A stretch of 44,950 nucleotides of DNA from a virus. Taxonomy: Duplodnaviria > Caudoviricetes. The translations under genes were made by a program, and so were the position numbers. The notes beneath the pieces were generated by a model that saw nothing but the letters and a program-made list of their open reading frames with translations, ran no database searches and was not told the origin of the DNA. Position 1 is the stretch's first letter. Each line of letters opens with the position of its first letter. Shown here piece by piece: positions 36,388 to 44,950 of the stretch. The stretch covers positions 1-44,950 of IMG/VR virus record IMGVR_UViG_3300048850_000147. One strand, given 5' to 3'.

Positions 36388-38736
36388 ATGAACACGGAAA
36401 CCCGCTGGGACCTCACGGTCCGGCGCAACGATGACGTATGGGAGCGTCCGCTCCGGATCATCGGCCCGAACCTGACCGGCGTGGACATGCGCGCGCAGAT
36501 CCGGCTTGCCGGTGATACGCCGGGTGCGCCGCTTGCCGACCTTGCGCTGGTGACGAACGGCAACGCGGAGGGCGTGCGGCTTGCCAGCTCGATCGAGCTG
36601 GATGATGGCACCTGGGCGAACGACGTGCGGATCCGCTTGAACAAGAGCACCCGGCAGGCCTTCCCCTATGATGGGGAGGTCGGAGACGCCGCAACACTGG
36701 AGTGGGGCTTCCTGCTGGCTGGCGTCACGCGCATCGAGGGCAAAGTGTTCGTGCCAGCGCAGGTTTACGGCAGCGATAACGCACCGCTGACCCGGCAGCT
36801 GAGCTATGGCGGCCGCGCCGGCGTAGCGCCAAGCTTCAACCCCGGCGCCACGCTGACGATCAGCGCGGATGGTGGCGCCACGCTCAAGATCGATGGCGCC
36901 GACTTGCTGGGGCGGATGCAGCTGGCGGCCGCCAACTTCGCAGGCGCCGCCGAGCAGTCTAAGGTTCTCGCCGGTCAATCAGCGGGTTCCGCGGGTCTAT
37001 TCGCCCAAGCGGCACTTGTTCTGTCGCTGCTTAAGTCTTCGATAGCCGCGGCGCTGGCATCGACTGCCCCTGGCGCATATTTCGGCGTGGTCAGCGGATA
37101 CCAAGTCGCTCTTTATCAGAATGATAGCGGGTCGGCGACGGATACCGGTGTGCGGTTCGGCGCGCCAGAAATCCATGTCGAGACCCAAGGTGCAAAGCCT
37201 TATCCACAAAGCGTAGATTCGACAGCGGCAATTCGCGCGGCGCTTGATTTGGCTGCCCAGACCGGCGCAACGGTGGTTGGAACGCCCGGCAAGCAGTACG
37301 CGATTGGCGGCGCCGGACTTGGGGCGTGGCCCGCCGGTGTCAAAATTCGTGACCTGTCCTTGCGCCGCAGCGGCACCGTAAGCGGGCCGGCCATCAGGAT
37401 GCAGGCTGCCGGCCGCTATATTGCAGACGGTCTGGCGATTGAGGAGGCCGCTAACCATTCCTCGCAAAATGCCTCGATCGAAGTCGATCACGCGTTTGCA
37501 CAGTTCAGCCTCAACAACTGTAGCGCTACGAAGGGCTATTCCGGCCTTTGGATCAAGCAGTGCTTCATGGGCACAGTGGATGATAGCGACTTTGGCTATT
37601 CCTCGCACCCGATCTACATGGGCCGGAATGATGTTCAGGGCCTTGGTGCCGGGTACGGCTATGCCGAGAATGTTACGATCACCAACACGGACGGCCATCA
37701 CGCGAAGTCCGGCGGCGATGGACTGAAGACGGTTTCGCGCACCCGGAACCTGAACGTTAATGGCGGCGCTCTCTATGCCAACGATCAGGACGGGATTGAC
37801 TTGTTCGCCGGCTGCATGAAGGCACGCTTCAGCGGCGTAAAGCTGTATGACAATCGCCTGCAAGCCTTCGACATCAAGGTGGGCGATTCGGCAGGGGGCG
37901 TGGCGAACTATCCGGAGGCCGATTGGGGTGAGCGCCGCGACATCCTGATCGAAGGCTGTTTCATGGATCGCAACGGCTATAATGGGGTCAAGGTCTTCGG
38001 CGACGACACCAACGGCTATTACAAGCGCGTCGTCGTCTCAAACTGCCAGATCGACCTGTGCGGGGGGCATGGCATTGTCATGCGTGGCGTCGACTGCGTC
38101 ATTGATGGAAACACGGTCCGCCGTAGCGGGCAAAGCCCTGCTACCGGCGAACTTGCGGGCATCTCGGTTCAGTATGACACGCCGTTCCGCAGTGGGCTGA
38201 AGGTCACGAACAACGTCTCTGTCGATAACGGGAGGGCGGGCGCTGCTGGCTCCGCCGGCTTCTTGTTCACCAACTGCTCCTTCGCCGACGTGATCGGCAA
38301 CACAACGGGCAATCGAGAGACGACGAACCAGCAAATCTCCTACTTCTTCAACGGCGGCGTTTCGAACACGCTGGATCGTTGTACGCACGTGGGGTCCGTG
38401 CCGGGACAGGTTACCGCGCTGCAGGCCAACAACGTCATCTTCGGTATGCACTGCGGCCTCCCTGTCCGGAGCTCCGTCACCGGAACACTGCCGAGCGGGT
38501 CGCTCAATACACCCGTGACCCATGGCCTGGTTTGCCGTCCGACGGTCGACATGATCAACGCTCGATACGAGGCTAATCGGCAGGGGTCGGATACGATCTA
38601 CCCGACAATCACGACCGCAACGCAGATCACCCTCGCCGCGGCGGTCGCACCGACAGCCAACGTGCCGTTCCGTTTGACCACGGACATGCGCGGCCTGCCG
38701 AACCCGTTCCCGTTCACTTACAGTATGACTGCCTGA
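36388..38736 (+). CDS. Tailspike / putative polysaccharide depolymerase (right-handed beta-helix)
   Basis: N-terminal anchor region; pectate-lyase-3-like start (V...GA....DSTAAIRAAL); Asn/Gly-rich PbH repeats (N...GI); more A/T-ending codons after about 36950. Confidence 0.82.
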   Translation: MNTETRWDLTVRRNDDVWERPLRIIGPNLTGVDMRAQIRLAGDTPGAPLADLALVTNGNAEGVRLASSIELDDGTWANDVRIRLNKSTRQAFPYDGEVGDAATLEWGFLLAGVTRIEGKVFVPAQVYGSDNAPLTRQLSYGGRAGVAPSFNPGATLTISADGGATLKIDGADLLGRMQLAAANFAGAAEQSKVLAGQSAGSAGLFAQAALVLSLLKSSIAAALASTAPGAYFGVVSGYQVALYQNDSGSATDTGVRFGAPEIHVETQGAKPYPQSVDSTAAIRAALDLAAQTGATVVGTPGKQYAIGGAGLGAWPAGVKIRDLSLRRSGTVSGPAIRMQAAGRYIADGLAIEEAANHSSQNASIEVDHAFAQFSLNNCSATKGYSGLWIKQCFMGTVDDSDFGYSSHPIYMGRNDVQGLGAGYGYAENVTITNTDGHHAKSGGDGLKTVSRTRNLNVNGGALYANDQDGIDLFAGCMKARFSGVKLYDNRLQAFDIKVGDSAGGVANYPEADWGERRDILIEGCFMDRNGYNGVKVFGDDTNGYYKRVVVSNCQIDLCGGHGIVMRGVDCVIDGNTVRRSGQSPATGELAGISVQYDTPFRSGLKVTNNVSVDNGRAGAAGSAGFLFTNCSFADVIGNTTGNRETTNQQISYFFNGGVSNTLDRCTHVGSVPGQVTALQANNVIFGMHCGLPVRSSVTGTLPSGSLNTPVTHGLVCRPTVDMINARYEANRQGSDTIYPTITTATQITLAAAVAPTANVPFRLTTDMRGLPNPFPFTYSMTA

Positions 38737-38749
38737 GAAAGGTAAAAGC

Positions 38750-39040
38750 ATGCGCCTCCTAATCCTCGCGTCGAAGACCAAGAGCGATATTCTCACCCGC
38801 AACCTGGTGGAAACGAACTATGCGTTCCGCCCCACGATTAAGGCCGATCGCAAGCGCCTGTTCGACTACCTCGAAGCAGAAGCGGACATCGATCGCACCG
38901 ACGCCTTTATCACCGTGCTACCGGACGGCGTAGAGCCGCCGAGCTTCCTGTCCTCGCTTGACGGCGAGTTCATCGAAACGTTCAATTACGAGTTCGAGAA
39001 GTGGCCGGACCCCGAGCCCGTTGATGAGGTGATTATCTAA
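38750..39040 (+). CDS. Hypothetical protein, possible tailspike partner/chaperone
   Basis: AAAGGT RBS; 96 aa, acidic C-terminus; follows the tailspike. Confidence 0.6.
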   Translation: MRLLILASKTKSDILTRNLVETNYAFRPTIKADRKRLFDYLEAEADIDRTDAFITVLPDGVEPPSFLSSLDGEFIETFNYEFEKWPDPEPVDEVII

Positions 39041-40403
39041 CGGTGGCAGGCTGTTCGCCCGCCTCCCGATCCTGCAGTGCCCGGTTCAGCAGGAGCAGGA
39101 GACCCGGAAGCGCCAGGATCATGATCAGCCGGAAGATGATGTTGTCGAGGTCGTAGAACAGAACGAGGATCGGGAGAACCGACACGACGGGCGCGATCAG
39201 TGCCCTCTCCCAGCCCCCTGGCCCGTTCGCGTATAGGATCGACCACCTCGCCACCAAGCCGAGCAGCACGAAGGCAACGATGGCCCCAACGATGCCGAAG
39301 TTGAGGAGCGCTTCTCCCACCAGCCCGTAGATCCGGGACGACGCGATACCAGCCTCGTTGTCCGCCGTCAGAACGGCGCCCGGGTCGATTTCGAACTGAG
39401 CCAGCGCGCCGACGACCGTCTTGTTCCAGTCATAGGGAAGCGGGTCCAGCGCGTCGGGGAGCGGCAGGGTCAGCGCCTTAACATAGGTTCTACCGTATGC
39501 CCGCGGCAGCTGATCCTCTCTGTCGGCTTCCAGGATAGCAGCCTGCAGATCGGCTCGGCCGATGTCTCCGATGATGATGCGGACGGGGTTGGTATAGCGC
39601 TCGTCCACATAGGTCGCGACGCCCTCGCCAGCGAGATAGGAGGATACGCCCTCCAGGCCCGAGTGCTTATAGATCGTCATCAGGTTGAACACGAGCGCCC
39701 CGACCAGCACCAGCGCGAGGACCTTCAGCTTGCTCAGCCGATACACGTGCTGCTGGAAAAGCTGAAAGCCGAGGATGACGATCAAGAGGACCGTCACCCG
39801 TGAACCGCGCGAGAAGTTCATCCCGACGGCGACGAACAGGAACAGGGCCAGCAGCATCACCGCAGCTCCAGTTGATGGCTGCCGGCCCTGCTTCCAGACG
39901 CTCACTACGATCAGCCAGGCCAGCAACGTCGGCGCGGACTCTATCAGGGCGTATAGGCCGATACCGGACTCGATCGCCGCGTCGCTCGATGCTCGCAGGT
40001 TCAACGCGATGAAGTTGTTGTAGACGCCTAGGACCAGGCTGGTGACCAGCGCACCGGCGAGAAGCGCTTGCATGTGCTCTATCCGCGGCCACTCCCGCGC
40101 CTCTGTTCCACTCGACGGCTTCCCCCATCGAGCCGCGACCGCGGCGGCCAGGAGCCCCGCCGCGTTCAACAGGTTCAGGTACCCCAGCGCCTCGACGGGG
40201 TCCGAATAGAACAGCGCGCGGTTCACGTAGTCGTCGTAGATCACGTTCACCGCCGGCACGGCCACGAAGTAGATGTAGGTGAATACCTCAAACGGGTGCG
40301 ACAACACGTTACGCTTCACCCCTGAGAGCCAGGACCGGTTGAAGATCACGACGGCTGCGAGCGTCCCGCACAGCGTTGCCCAGAAGAAAAACTGAGGATC
40401 CAT
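39033..40403 (-). CDS. wzy: Wzy-like polysaccharide polymerase (moron)
   Basis: About 10-11 hydrophobic segments; SRGSR..LL; large periplasmic loop with YGRTY; GLVGEALLNFGIVG motif; antisense to the late operon. Confidence 0.75.
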   Translation of the reverse strand: MDPQFFFWATLCGTLAAVVIFNRSWLSGVKRNVLSHPFEVFTYIYFVAVPAVNVIYDDYVNRALFYSDPVEALGYLNLLNAAGLLAAAVAARWGKPSSGTEAREWPRIEHMQALLAGALVTSLVLGVYNNFIALNLRASSDAAIESGIGLYALIESAPTLLAWLIVVSVWKQGRQPSTGAAVMLLALFLFVAVGMNFSRGSRVTVLLIVILGFQLFQQHVYRLSKLKVLALVLVGALVFNLMTIYKHSGLEGVSSYLAGEGVATYVDERYTNPVRIIIGDIGRADLQAAILEADREDQLPRAYGRTYVKALTLPLPDALDPLPYDWNKTVVGALAQFEIDPGAVLTADNEAGIASSRIYGLVGEALLNFGIVGAIVAFVLLGLVARWSILYANGPGGWERALIAPVVSVLPILVLFYDLDNIIFRLIMILALPGLLLLLNRALQDREAGEQPATVR

Positions 40404-40604
40404 CTAATTCACTTCACGATGTGCGGCGTGCGCGACCAGCGGCGTGGCAGGTTTGCCTGGCACGCCGCGCCCGCGTCTCAGCACGAACCCGCAGGCAGGC
40501 GCAAGTGACGACGAGCTCCGCGCGACGCGACGACGGTAACCGCCGGCATCCCACCAGATCACACTGACGCGACGCCCGGCGCATCCCGGGCAGGGAGACC
40601 TCCC

Positions 40605-41051
40605 ATGAATCCACTCTGGGGAATGTTCGCGGTGCTCGTCGGCACCTTCCTGCCGCTGTCGATGTCACTCCGTGCTTTCGCGCAGGTGTGCCACGACCAC
40701 CGGCTCGGCTTGTGGCACCCGGTCAACGTCTATCGCTGGATCAAGATCGCCCTGATCGTGCCGGTGCTTGGTCTGATCGCACCAGCCGGCGTGTTCGTGA
40801 TGTTCGGCTGGGGCGACGCCGCAATGGCTGTCCGGATCGTCACCTTCCTAGCCTCCGCGCGCGGGGTGGTAGTGGTGGCGGGGCTCCTGATTGCCGCCTT
40901 CATCATCGACAAGGAGCGGCCCCGCATGGTGGACCAGCTCACGCGCCGGCCGACGTCGAGCGAGCACCGCACGAAGATCCAGTTTCGTCACGACACCATG
41001 GCGGTGCTGATCCTGTTCGGCCTGGCACTTGCCTGGGCGATGTCCGTCTGA
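40605..41051 (+). CDS. Multi-TM membrane protein at the head of the lysis cassette
   Basis: GGGAGA RBS; about 4 hydrophobic segments; TGATG coupled to the next gene. Confidence 0.65.
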   Translation: MNPLWGMFAVLVGTFLPLSMSLRAFAQVCHDHRLGLWHPVNVYRWIKIALIVPVLGLIAPAGVFVMFGWGDAAMAVRIVTFLASARGVVVVAGLLIAAFIIDKERPRMVDQLTRRPTSSEHRTKIQFRHDTMAVLILFGLALAWAMSV

Positions 41052-41416
41052 TGGCCGGGCAGAACATGGTAGCCGCCGCTGTAGGCCCCGCAGCCGTAGC
41101 TCTGCTTGGCTTGAACGTCGCGATCATGCCGGCGCTGTTCGGCGTCTCGGGCGTGGTGCTGGGACGGTACATCGCGCAGTCCGTCCGGAGGGAAGGGGAG
41201 GAGCGCGTCACCAGCCGCACGAGCATGGCGCTGACCGCCCTGTTCGGCATGGGGATGATCGCGATCTCTGCGGACATGGAGCTGACGCCCTTCCGAGCCC
41301 TGGGCACCGGCGCAGCTGCGGGCTTCATCGGGCTCGGCCTGCTCGAGTTTCTGGCGGAGCAATTCTCGGAGCGCCTCCGCGGCGCGATCGACGGCTTCTT
41401 CAACCCGCGCAAGTAG
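41051..41416 (+). CDS. Putative holin
   Basis: 121 aa, about 3 TM segments, charged C-terminus, directly before the endolysin. Confidence 0.65.
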   Translation: MAGQNMVAAAVGPAAVALLGLNVAIMPALFGVSGVVLGRYIAQSVRREGEERVTSRTSMALTALFGMGMIAISADMELTPFRALGTGAAAGFIGLGLLEFLAEQFSERLRGAIDGFFNPRK

Positions 41417-41456
41417 CGCGCCGCCGGCCCGGCCGGCACCCCTGAAAGGACGAAGC

Positions 41457-42014
41457 ATGGCAAAGACGGCGACCCAGCTGGTCGACGATGTGATCGCGCG
41501 CGAGGGCGGTTACAGCAACCACCCAGCCGACCGGGGAGGTCCCACGAACTGGGGCATCACCGAGCAGGTAGCGCGCGCCTATGGCTACAAGGGCGACATG
41601 CGCAATCTGCTGCGCGAAACGGCAGTCGAGATCTACCTCAAGCGCTATTGGACCGGGCCGGGTTTCGACAAGGTCGCGCGGCGGGATGGTGCGCTTGCGG
41701 CGGAGCTGTTCGACACCGGCGTGAACATGGGGCCGGCCTGGGCGGGCAAGTTCCTCCAGCGCGCGCTCAACCTGCTGAACAATGGGGCCAAGCACTATCC
41801 CGACATCGCCGTGGATGGCGGGGTCGGCGCTATGACGCTGGCCTCGCTCGATGGCTACCTGCGGCAGCGGGATAGCGGAGAGGGCAGGGCAGTGCTGCTC
41901 TGGCTACTGCGCGCTTTCCGAACCGGCCGTTATGCGGAAATCGCGGAGGCGAACCGCACGCAGGAGGTGTTCCTGTACGGCTGGATCGCCCGCCAGGTTC
42001 GAGAGGCGGAATGA
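41457..42014 (+). CDS. Endolysin, glycoside hydrolase family 108 with PG-binding domain
   Basis: EGGYSNHPADRGGPTNWGIT, FDTGVNMG, VDG.VG..TL and F.YGW..R motifs. Confidence 0.93.
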   Translation: MAKTATQLVDDVIAREGGYSNHPADRGGPTNWGITEQVARAYGYKGDMRNLLRETAVEIYLKRYWTGPGFDKVARRDGALAAELFDTGVNMGPAWAGKFLQRALNLLNNGAKHYPDIAVDGGVGAMTLASLDGYLRQRDSGEGRAVLLWLLRAFRTGRYAEIAEANRTQEVFLYGWIARQVREAE

Positions 42015-42451
42015 GCGCCGCGCTCGCGCTGCTGCGCCGCTTCTGGTGGGCGCTGCCGATGCTGGTGCTCGGCGGGGCGCTGCTCGCCACGCGGGCGACG
42101 CTTGCCGATCGCACCGCCACCTTGCGCGCTGAGCGGTCTGCCTGGACCTCTGCGTTAGACGACGCCGAGAAGGCGCGGCTGGACGCCGAACGCCGCTTCG
42201 CCAGCAACCTCGCCCAGGCGGCGACCAACTATGCCGATGGCCTGGCCGCGCGTCAGCCGATCATCGTCCGATCCACCAACACCGTGAGGGAATATGCGCA
42301 GACTGATGCTGGGCGCGTGCTGTGCCGCGATGCTGACCGGGTGCACGCAGTCGACGCGCTCGATGCCGAGCTTGCCGAAGCTGCCGGGTCCGCCGCCGGC
42401 GGCGCTGGATCCATGCCTGCCGACGCCGCAGCGCCGGCAGGCGGACGGTAG
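42011..42451 (+). CDS. Inner-membrane spanin (Rz-like)
   Basis: N-terminal TM, coiled coil, follows the endolysin. Confidence 0.78.
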   Translation: MSAALALLRRFWWALPMLVLGGALLATRATLADRTATLRAERSAWTSALDDAEKARLDAERRFASNLAQAATNYADGLAARQPIIVRSTNTVREYAQTDAGRVLCRDADRVHAVDALDAELAEAAGSAAGGAGSMPADAAAPAGGR

Positions 42452-42557
42452 CGCGACGGCATCCGACGACGATGGGACCATTCGTGACGGGAGGTTCGAT
42501 CTTGCTGCGTGCGACGCTAAGCGGAGGCTGCTGGTCGATGCGTGGCCCCGAGGATAG
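42294..42557 (+). CDS. Outer-membrane lipoprotein spanin (Rz1-like)
   Basis: GAGGG RBS; signal MRRLMLG..AAMLTG|C lipobox; Pro-rich; overlaps the i-spanin in another frame. Confidence 0.8.
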   Translation: MRRLMLGACCAAMLTGCTQSTRSMPSLPKLPGPPPAALDPCLPTPQRRQADGSATASDDDGTIRDGRFDLAACDAKRRLLVDAWPRG

Positions 42558-42660
42558 GAGATGTCTTGGCATCCTCCCCGTCGCATGCTCGTTGGTCGTG
42601 GGCGGGTTCGCTGCCAGCAGATTCGACATCGGCCATCTCGCGCACGAAACCGAGGTTAGA

Positions 42661-42921
42661 TCACGGATTGCTTTCTAGAAGTTCGCACTGCCCGGCTGGG
42701 TACAGAAACACGCCATCGAGCCCTCGGTCGACCCAGCATCCCTCGATCACAAGCCCGCGTCGCCCGTCAGTGCCGCTCACTTCCGGCGAAGGCGCTCCAC
42801 CTATCCTCATGAAGCCGCGTACAAATTGCGCAGCCACTTTTGGTGGCAGCGTGGTAGACCGCTCCAGAGCCTGTGCGATCATCTCGATCCGCTGGTTCGC
42901 GTAGATGTCTCGATCATCCAT
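42661..42921 (-). CDS. Hypothetical protein (MDDRDIYANQ...)
   Basis: GAGGAG RBS before ATG 42921. Confidence 0.5.
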   Translation of the reverse strand: MDDRDIYANQRIEMIAQALERSTTLPPKVAAQFVRGFMRIGGAPSPEVSGTDGRRGLVIEGCWVDRGLDGVFLYPAGQCELLESNP

Positions 42922-43201
42922 TCTGCTCTCCTCTAAGCCGCAATCCTCCGCGAAGGCGTTCACCCATCGTGAGGTAAGCCTCCCGCCCTTGACCATGCAG
43001 AGTTCGCGCGTTCGCCTCGTTCAGATCGTCAATGAACTGGTGAAGGATGTTCGGCGTCACCCCGGCATCCTGCATCGTCAGCAGGATGACGCCCGCCAAA
43101 TTGGCCCAGGCTAGGAGGGCAAGGGGATCAACGGGTGGTGGCGGAGTTTCCAAGGGCACGACCTTTCGAAATCGCGGCTGATGAGGTGCCAGTATGAGCA
43201 C
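42914..43201 (-). CDS. Hypothetical protein
   Basis: AAGGAG upstream of the GTG start; overlaps the next gene by 8 nt. Confidence 0.5.
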   Translation of the reverse strand: MLILAPHQPRFRKVVPLETPPPPVDPLALLAWANLAGVILLTMQDAGVTPNILHQFIDDLNEANARTLHGQGREAYLTMGERLRGGLRLRGEQNG

Positions 43202-43267
43202 CTCCTTTCACCCTGCGCAATCCGCCGAAATCGCGCCGGGCCACCATGGTGCTCGACAACCAAAGTC

Positions 43268-43282
43268 GTTCCCGCAATGTTC
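43268..43282. promoter_or_regulatory. Alphaproteobacterial LexA (SOS) box
   Basis: GTTC-CCGCAAT-GTTC (GTTC-N7-GTTC), 6 nt before ATG 43289. Confidence 0.78.
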
Positions 43283-43288
43283 TAGCGC

Positions 43289-44215
43289 ATGTCGCGGGAC
43301 GATTCGGAGCTTCTTACACTAGCGCTATCGGTCCTTGAGGAGGCGTCGGCGCGTCCCGTGCAGGAGAATTCCGCTACCGCATCAGTCCGGCTGGCGCTGC
43401 GGACCCTCATGCGCGTGCTGCCCAACCGCGCGCCGCTGGACGAATTCTGGCGCATCGCTCAGCAGCGAGAGACTGAGCTGCCGGCATGGGCCAATCGCCG
43501 GAGCGCCTATGTCGCCATCGACCACGCCTTGGTTGCGGCCGGCTGGCATGTGGCGGAGCTGGCCGTGCCGTGGCAAGGTTGGGGCATGTGCAACCGATAC
43601 CGCATGACCGAACGACAGGCAGAGGTGGCGGTGCGCTACGGCGCCGAGATCCCGTACCTGCCGGACATCACGATCCCGCCGCCGGAGCTGTTTCCCAAGC
43701 GCGCGGCTTGGGTGGTGAAGCCGGCGAGCATCGACGGCGGGCGCGATCTCGCCTCGATGTCCTGGGGCTTTCCTCGGACGACGATGGGCGCGCGCGGCAA
43801 GCCGGTCGAGACGCTCGTCACCAACGTGCGTAATCTCGACAGCCCGTTCTGGCGCACGGCGCTGGCGCGTCCGCTCCAGCGGTGCCTGGTGCCGGTCACG
43901 AGTTTCAGCGAGTATGGGCCGGGGCCGAAGGGCGCGCGGCCGCTGTTCTGGTTCGACGTGCCGTCGCGGCCGATCTTCAGCTTCGCCGGCATCTGGCGGG
44001 AGACGAAGGGGCAGGCGGTGTTCGCCTTCCTGACGACCGAGGCGAACTCGATCGTTGCGCCTGTTCATCCCAAGGCGATGCCGCTGATCCTGCACGAGGA
44101 GGATGAGGAGCGGTGGCTGCGCGGCGAGCTGGGTGATCTGGTGGCGCCGTTCCCTTCGCAGCTGATGACGGTGGCGCAGGATCCCGACCCGAAGCGCGAA
44201 CTCACCTGGCCTTAG
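43289..44215 (+). CDS. SRAP (YedK/HMCES) abasic-site protection protein; canonical start MCNRY at 43586 with a 99-codon in-frame upstream extension
   Basis: MCNRY, MSWG, TNVR, RCLVP.TSF.E, FAGIW, LTTEAN..V..VH.KAMP.IL motifs. Confidence 0.88.
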   Translation: MSRDDSELLTLALSVLEEASARPVQENSATASVRLALRTLMRVLPNRAPLDEFWRIAQQRETELPAWANRRSAYVAIDHALVAAGWHVAELAVPWQGWGMCNRYRMTERQAEVAVRYGAEIPYLPDITIPPPELFPKRAAWVVKPASIDGGRDLASMSWGFPRTTMGARGKPVETLVTNVRNLDSPFWRTALARPLQRCLVPVTSFSEYGPGPKGARPLFWFDVPSRPIFSFAGIWRETKGQAVFAFLTTEANSIVAPVHPKAMPLILHEEDEERWLRGELGDLVAPFPSQLMTVAQDPDPKRELTWP

Positions 44216-44224
44216 GCGCTTCGA

Positions 44225-44398
44225 TCAACCCTTCCCCGGCAGATCGCTCTCGAGCATCCACTCGCCCCACTTCTTGACCGCGCGGATGCCGCAGCAGAGC
44301 GCGATCGCGGCTTCGTCCTCGCCTTGCTGCGCTTCGGCCGGCGCCCATTCGTGGGCGGTGCCGTCGCACTGGTAGGGTTCGGGCGGGGGCTTGGGCAT
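44225..44398 (-). CDS. Small hypothetical protein (57 aa, MPKPPPEPYQCDG...), not in the ORF track
   Basis: Open frame filling the gap, convergent with SRAP. Confidence 0.35.
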   Translation of the reverse strand: MPKPPPEPYQCDGTAHEWAPAEAQQGEDEAAIALCCGIRAVKKWGEWMLESDLPGKG

Positions 44399-44429
44399 GC
44401 CCTGATGTAGGGGCGCGGGGTGCGCGTGG

Positions 44430-44669
44430 TTAGGGCTGGGTTTCCTGCAGGAGCGCGTCGATCATGGCCGTGTACACGTCGGAGACGAAGCTACTCTCGC
44501 AGTCAACTGCGGCTGCAACCTGACCTTCATCGGGCTCGCGGATCGCCGCGACGACAGCCCGCACCTCCGGCACATAGTCCTGCCACAGCGGCTTGCCGTT
44601 CATCGTTGCGCCAGGAGGGCTGCCGTCTAACTCGCAAAGTGCCCGTGCAGCTCGCTCGATGGGGCTCAT
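44430..44669 (-). CDS. Hypothetical phage protein (MSPIERAARALC...)
   Basis: ATGA coupling; ERAARAL...W..Y..E.RAV..AIREP motif common in phage small proteins. Confidence 0.6.
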   Translation of the reverse strand: MSPIERAARALCELDGSPPGATMNGKPLWQDYVPEVRAVVAAIREPDEGQVAAAVDCESSFVSDVYTAMIDALLQETQP

Positions 44670-44815
44670 AGATCCAATTCCCTTCGGGCAATTTCCGCGC
44701 ACAGAGCATCTGCCTCCGCATCGCCGACCTCTCCGCTCGTGCGCTGATAGCGGGCCTGCAGTTCCGCGTCCGAAAGCTCGCGGAGGTGCTCGGGTTCGAT
44801 GTGCGGCTGGATCAT
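44666..44815 (-). CDS. Small hypothetical protein (49 aa)
   Basis: LSDAEL.ARYQRT.GE.GD.EADAL.AEI.RR.LDL; coupled to the next gene. Confidence 0.55.
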   Translation of the reverse strand: MIQPHIEPEHLRELSDAELQARYQRTSGEVGDAEADALCAEIARRELDL

Positions 44816-44889
44816 GGTAGGACTATGCCACCAGCCGCGCCGGGCCGCCAGCTGGGCCGATGATGAGCGTCTGAGTACGAATTCACCGA

Positions 44890-44908
44890 TACGGTATTTC
44901 GTACGGTA
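44890..44908. repeat. Candidate integrase arm-type binding sites near the right att
   Basis: TACGGTA direct repeat at 44890-44896 and 44902-44908 in non-coding DNA at the prophage end. Confidence 0.4.
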
Positions 44909-44950
44909 CCGGCTGGAGTGATCCGAGGCGGAAGCGCGGAAATCCGCCAT

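Larger units (their letters stand above)
1..44950. mobile_element. Lambdoid (siphovirus-type) prophage, apparently near complete
   Basis: Integrase, immunity switch, replication, terminase/portal/capsid, tail tube/tape measure, tailspike and lysis genes in canonical lambdoid order; no host housekeeping genes seen. Confidence 0.96.

Noticed and set aside
1-44950. attL/attR core repeats, tRNA or rRNA genes
   Set aside because: No terminal direct repeat or RNA gene recognised; the window starts at the int ATG, so att sites probably lie just outside

Overview
The window is an essentially complete, GC-rich lambdoid (long non-contractile tail) prophage. It is probably from an alphaproteobacterium, based on a GTTC-N7-GTTC LexA box and the gene families present; a sphingomonad-like host is my inference only. 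Gene order: P4-type tyrosine integrase; a leftward early operon (mosaic repeat-linked protein, DUF1643, ASCH-like, DUF5131, TraR/DksA, AlpA); a HIRAN-cI/cro switch with 16-bp GTAGGG-N4-CCCTAC operators; an SNF2-helicase/amino-MTase fusion, a C5-MTase and VRR-NUC; replication genes; a NusG-type late regulator; a lambda-like cosQ/cosN; head genes (ClpP-capsid fusion); tail genes with a -1 frameshifted chaperone; a tail-tip protein ending in a Hint autoprocessing domain; a lower-GC beta-helix tailspike facing an antisense Wzy-like polymerase moron; a lysis cassette; and a LexA-boxed SRAP gene near the right end. The most interesting features are the tailspike plus Wzy receptor-conversion module and the Hint-capped tail-tip protein. 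The att cores are not visible. Product calls come from motif recognition and synteny, not database searches.
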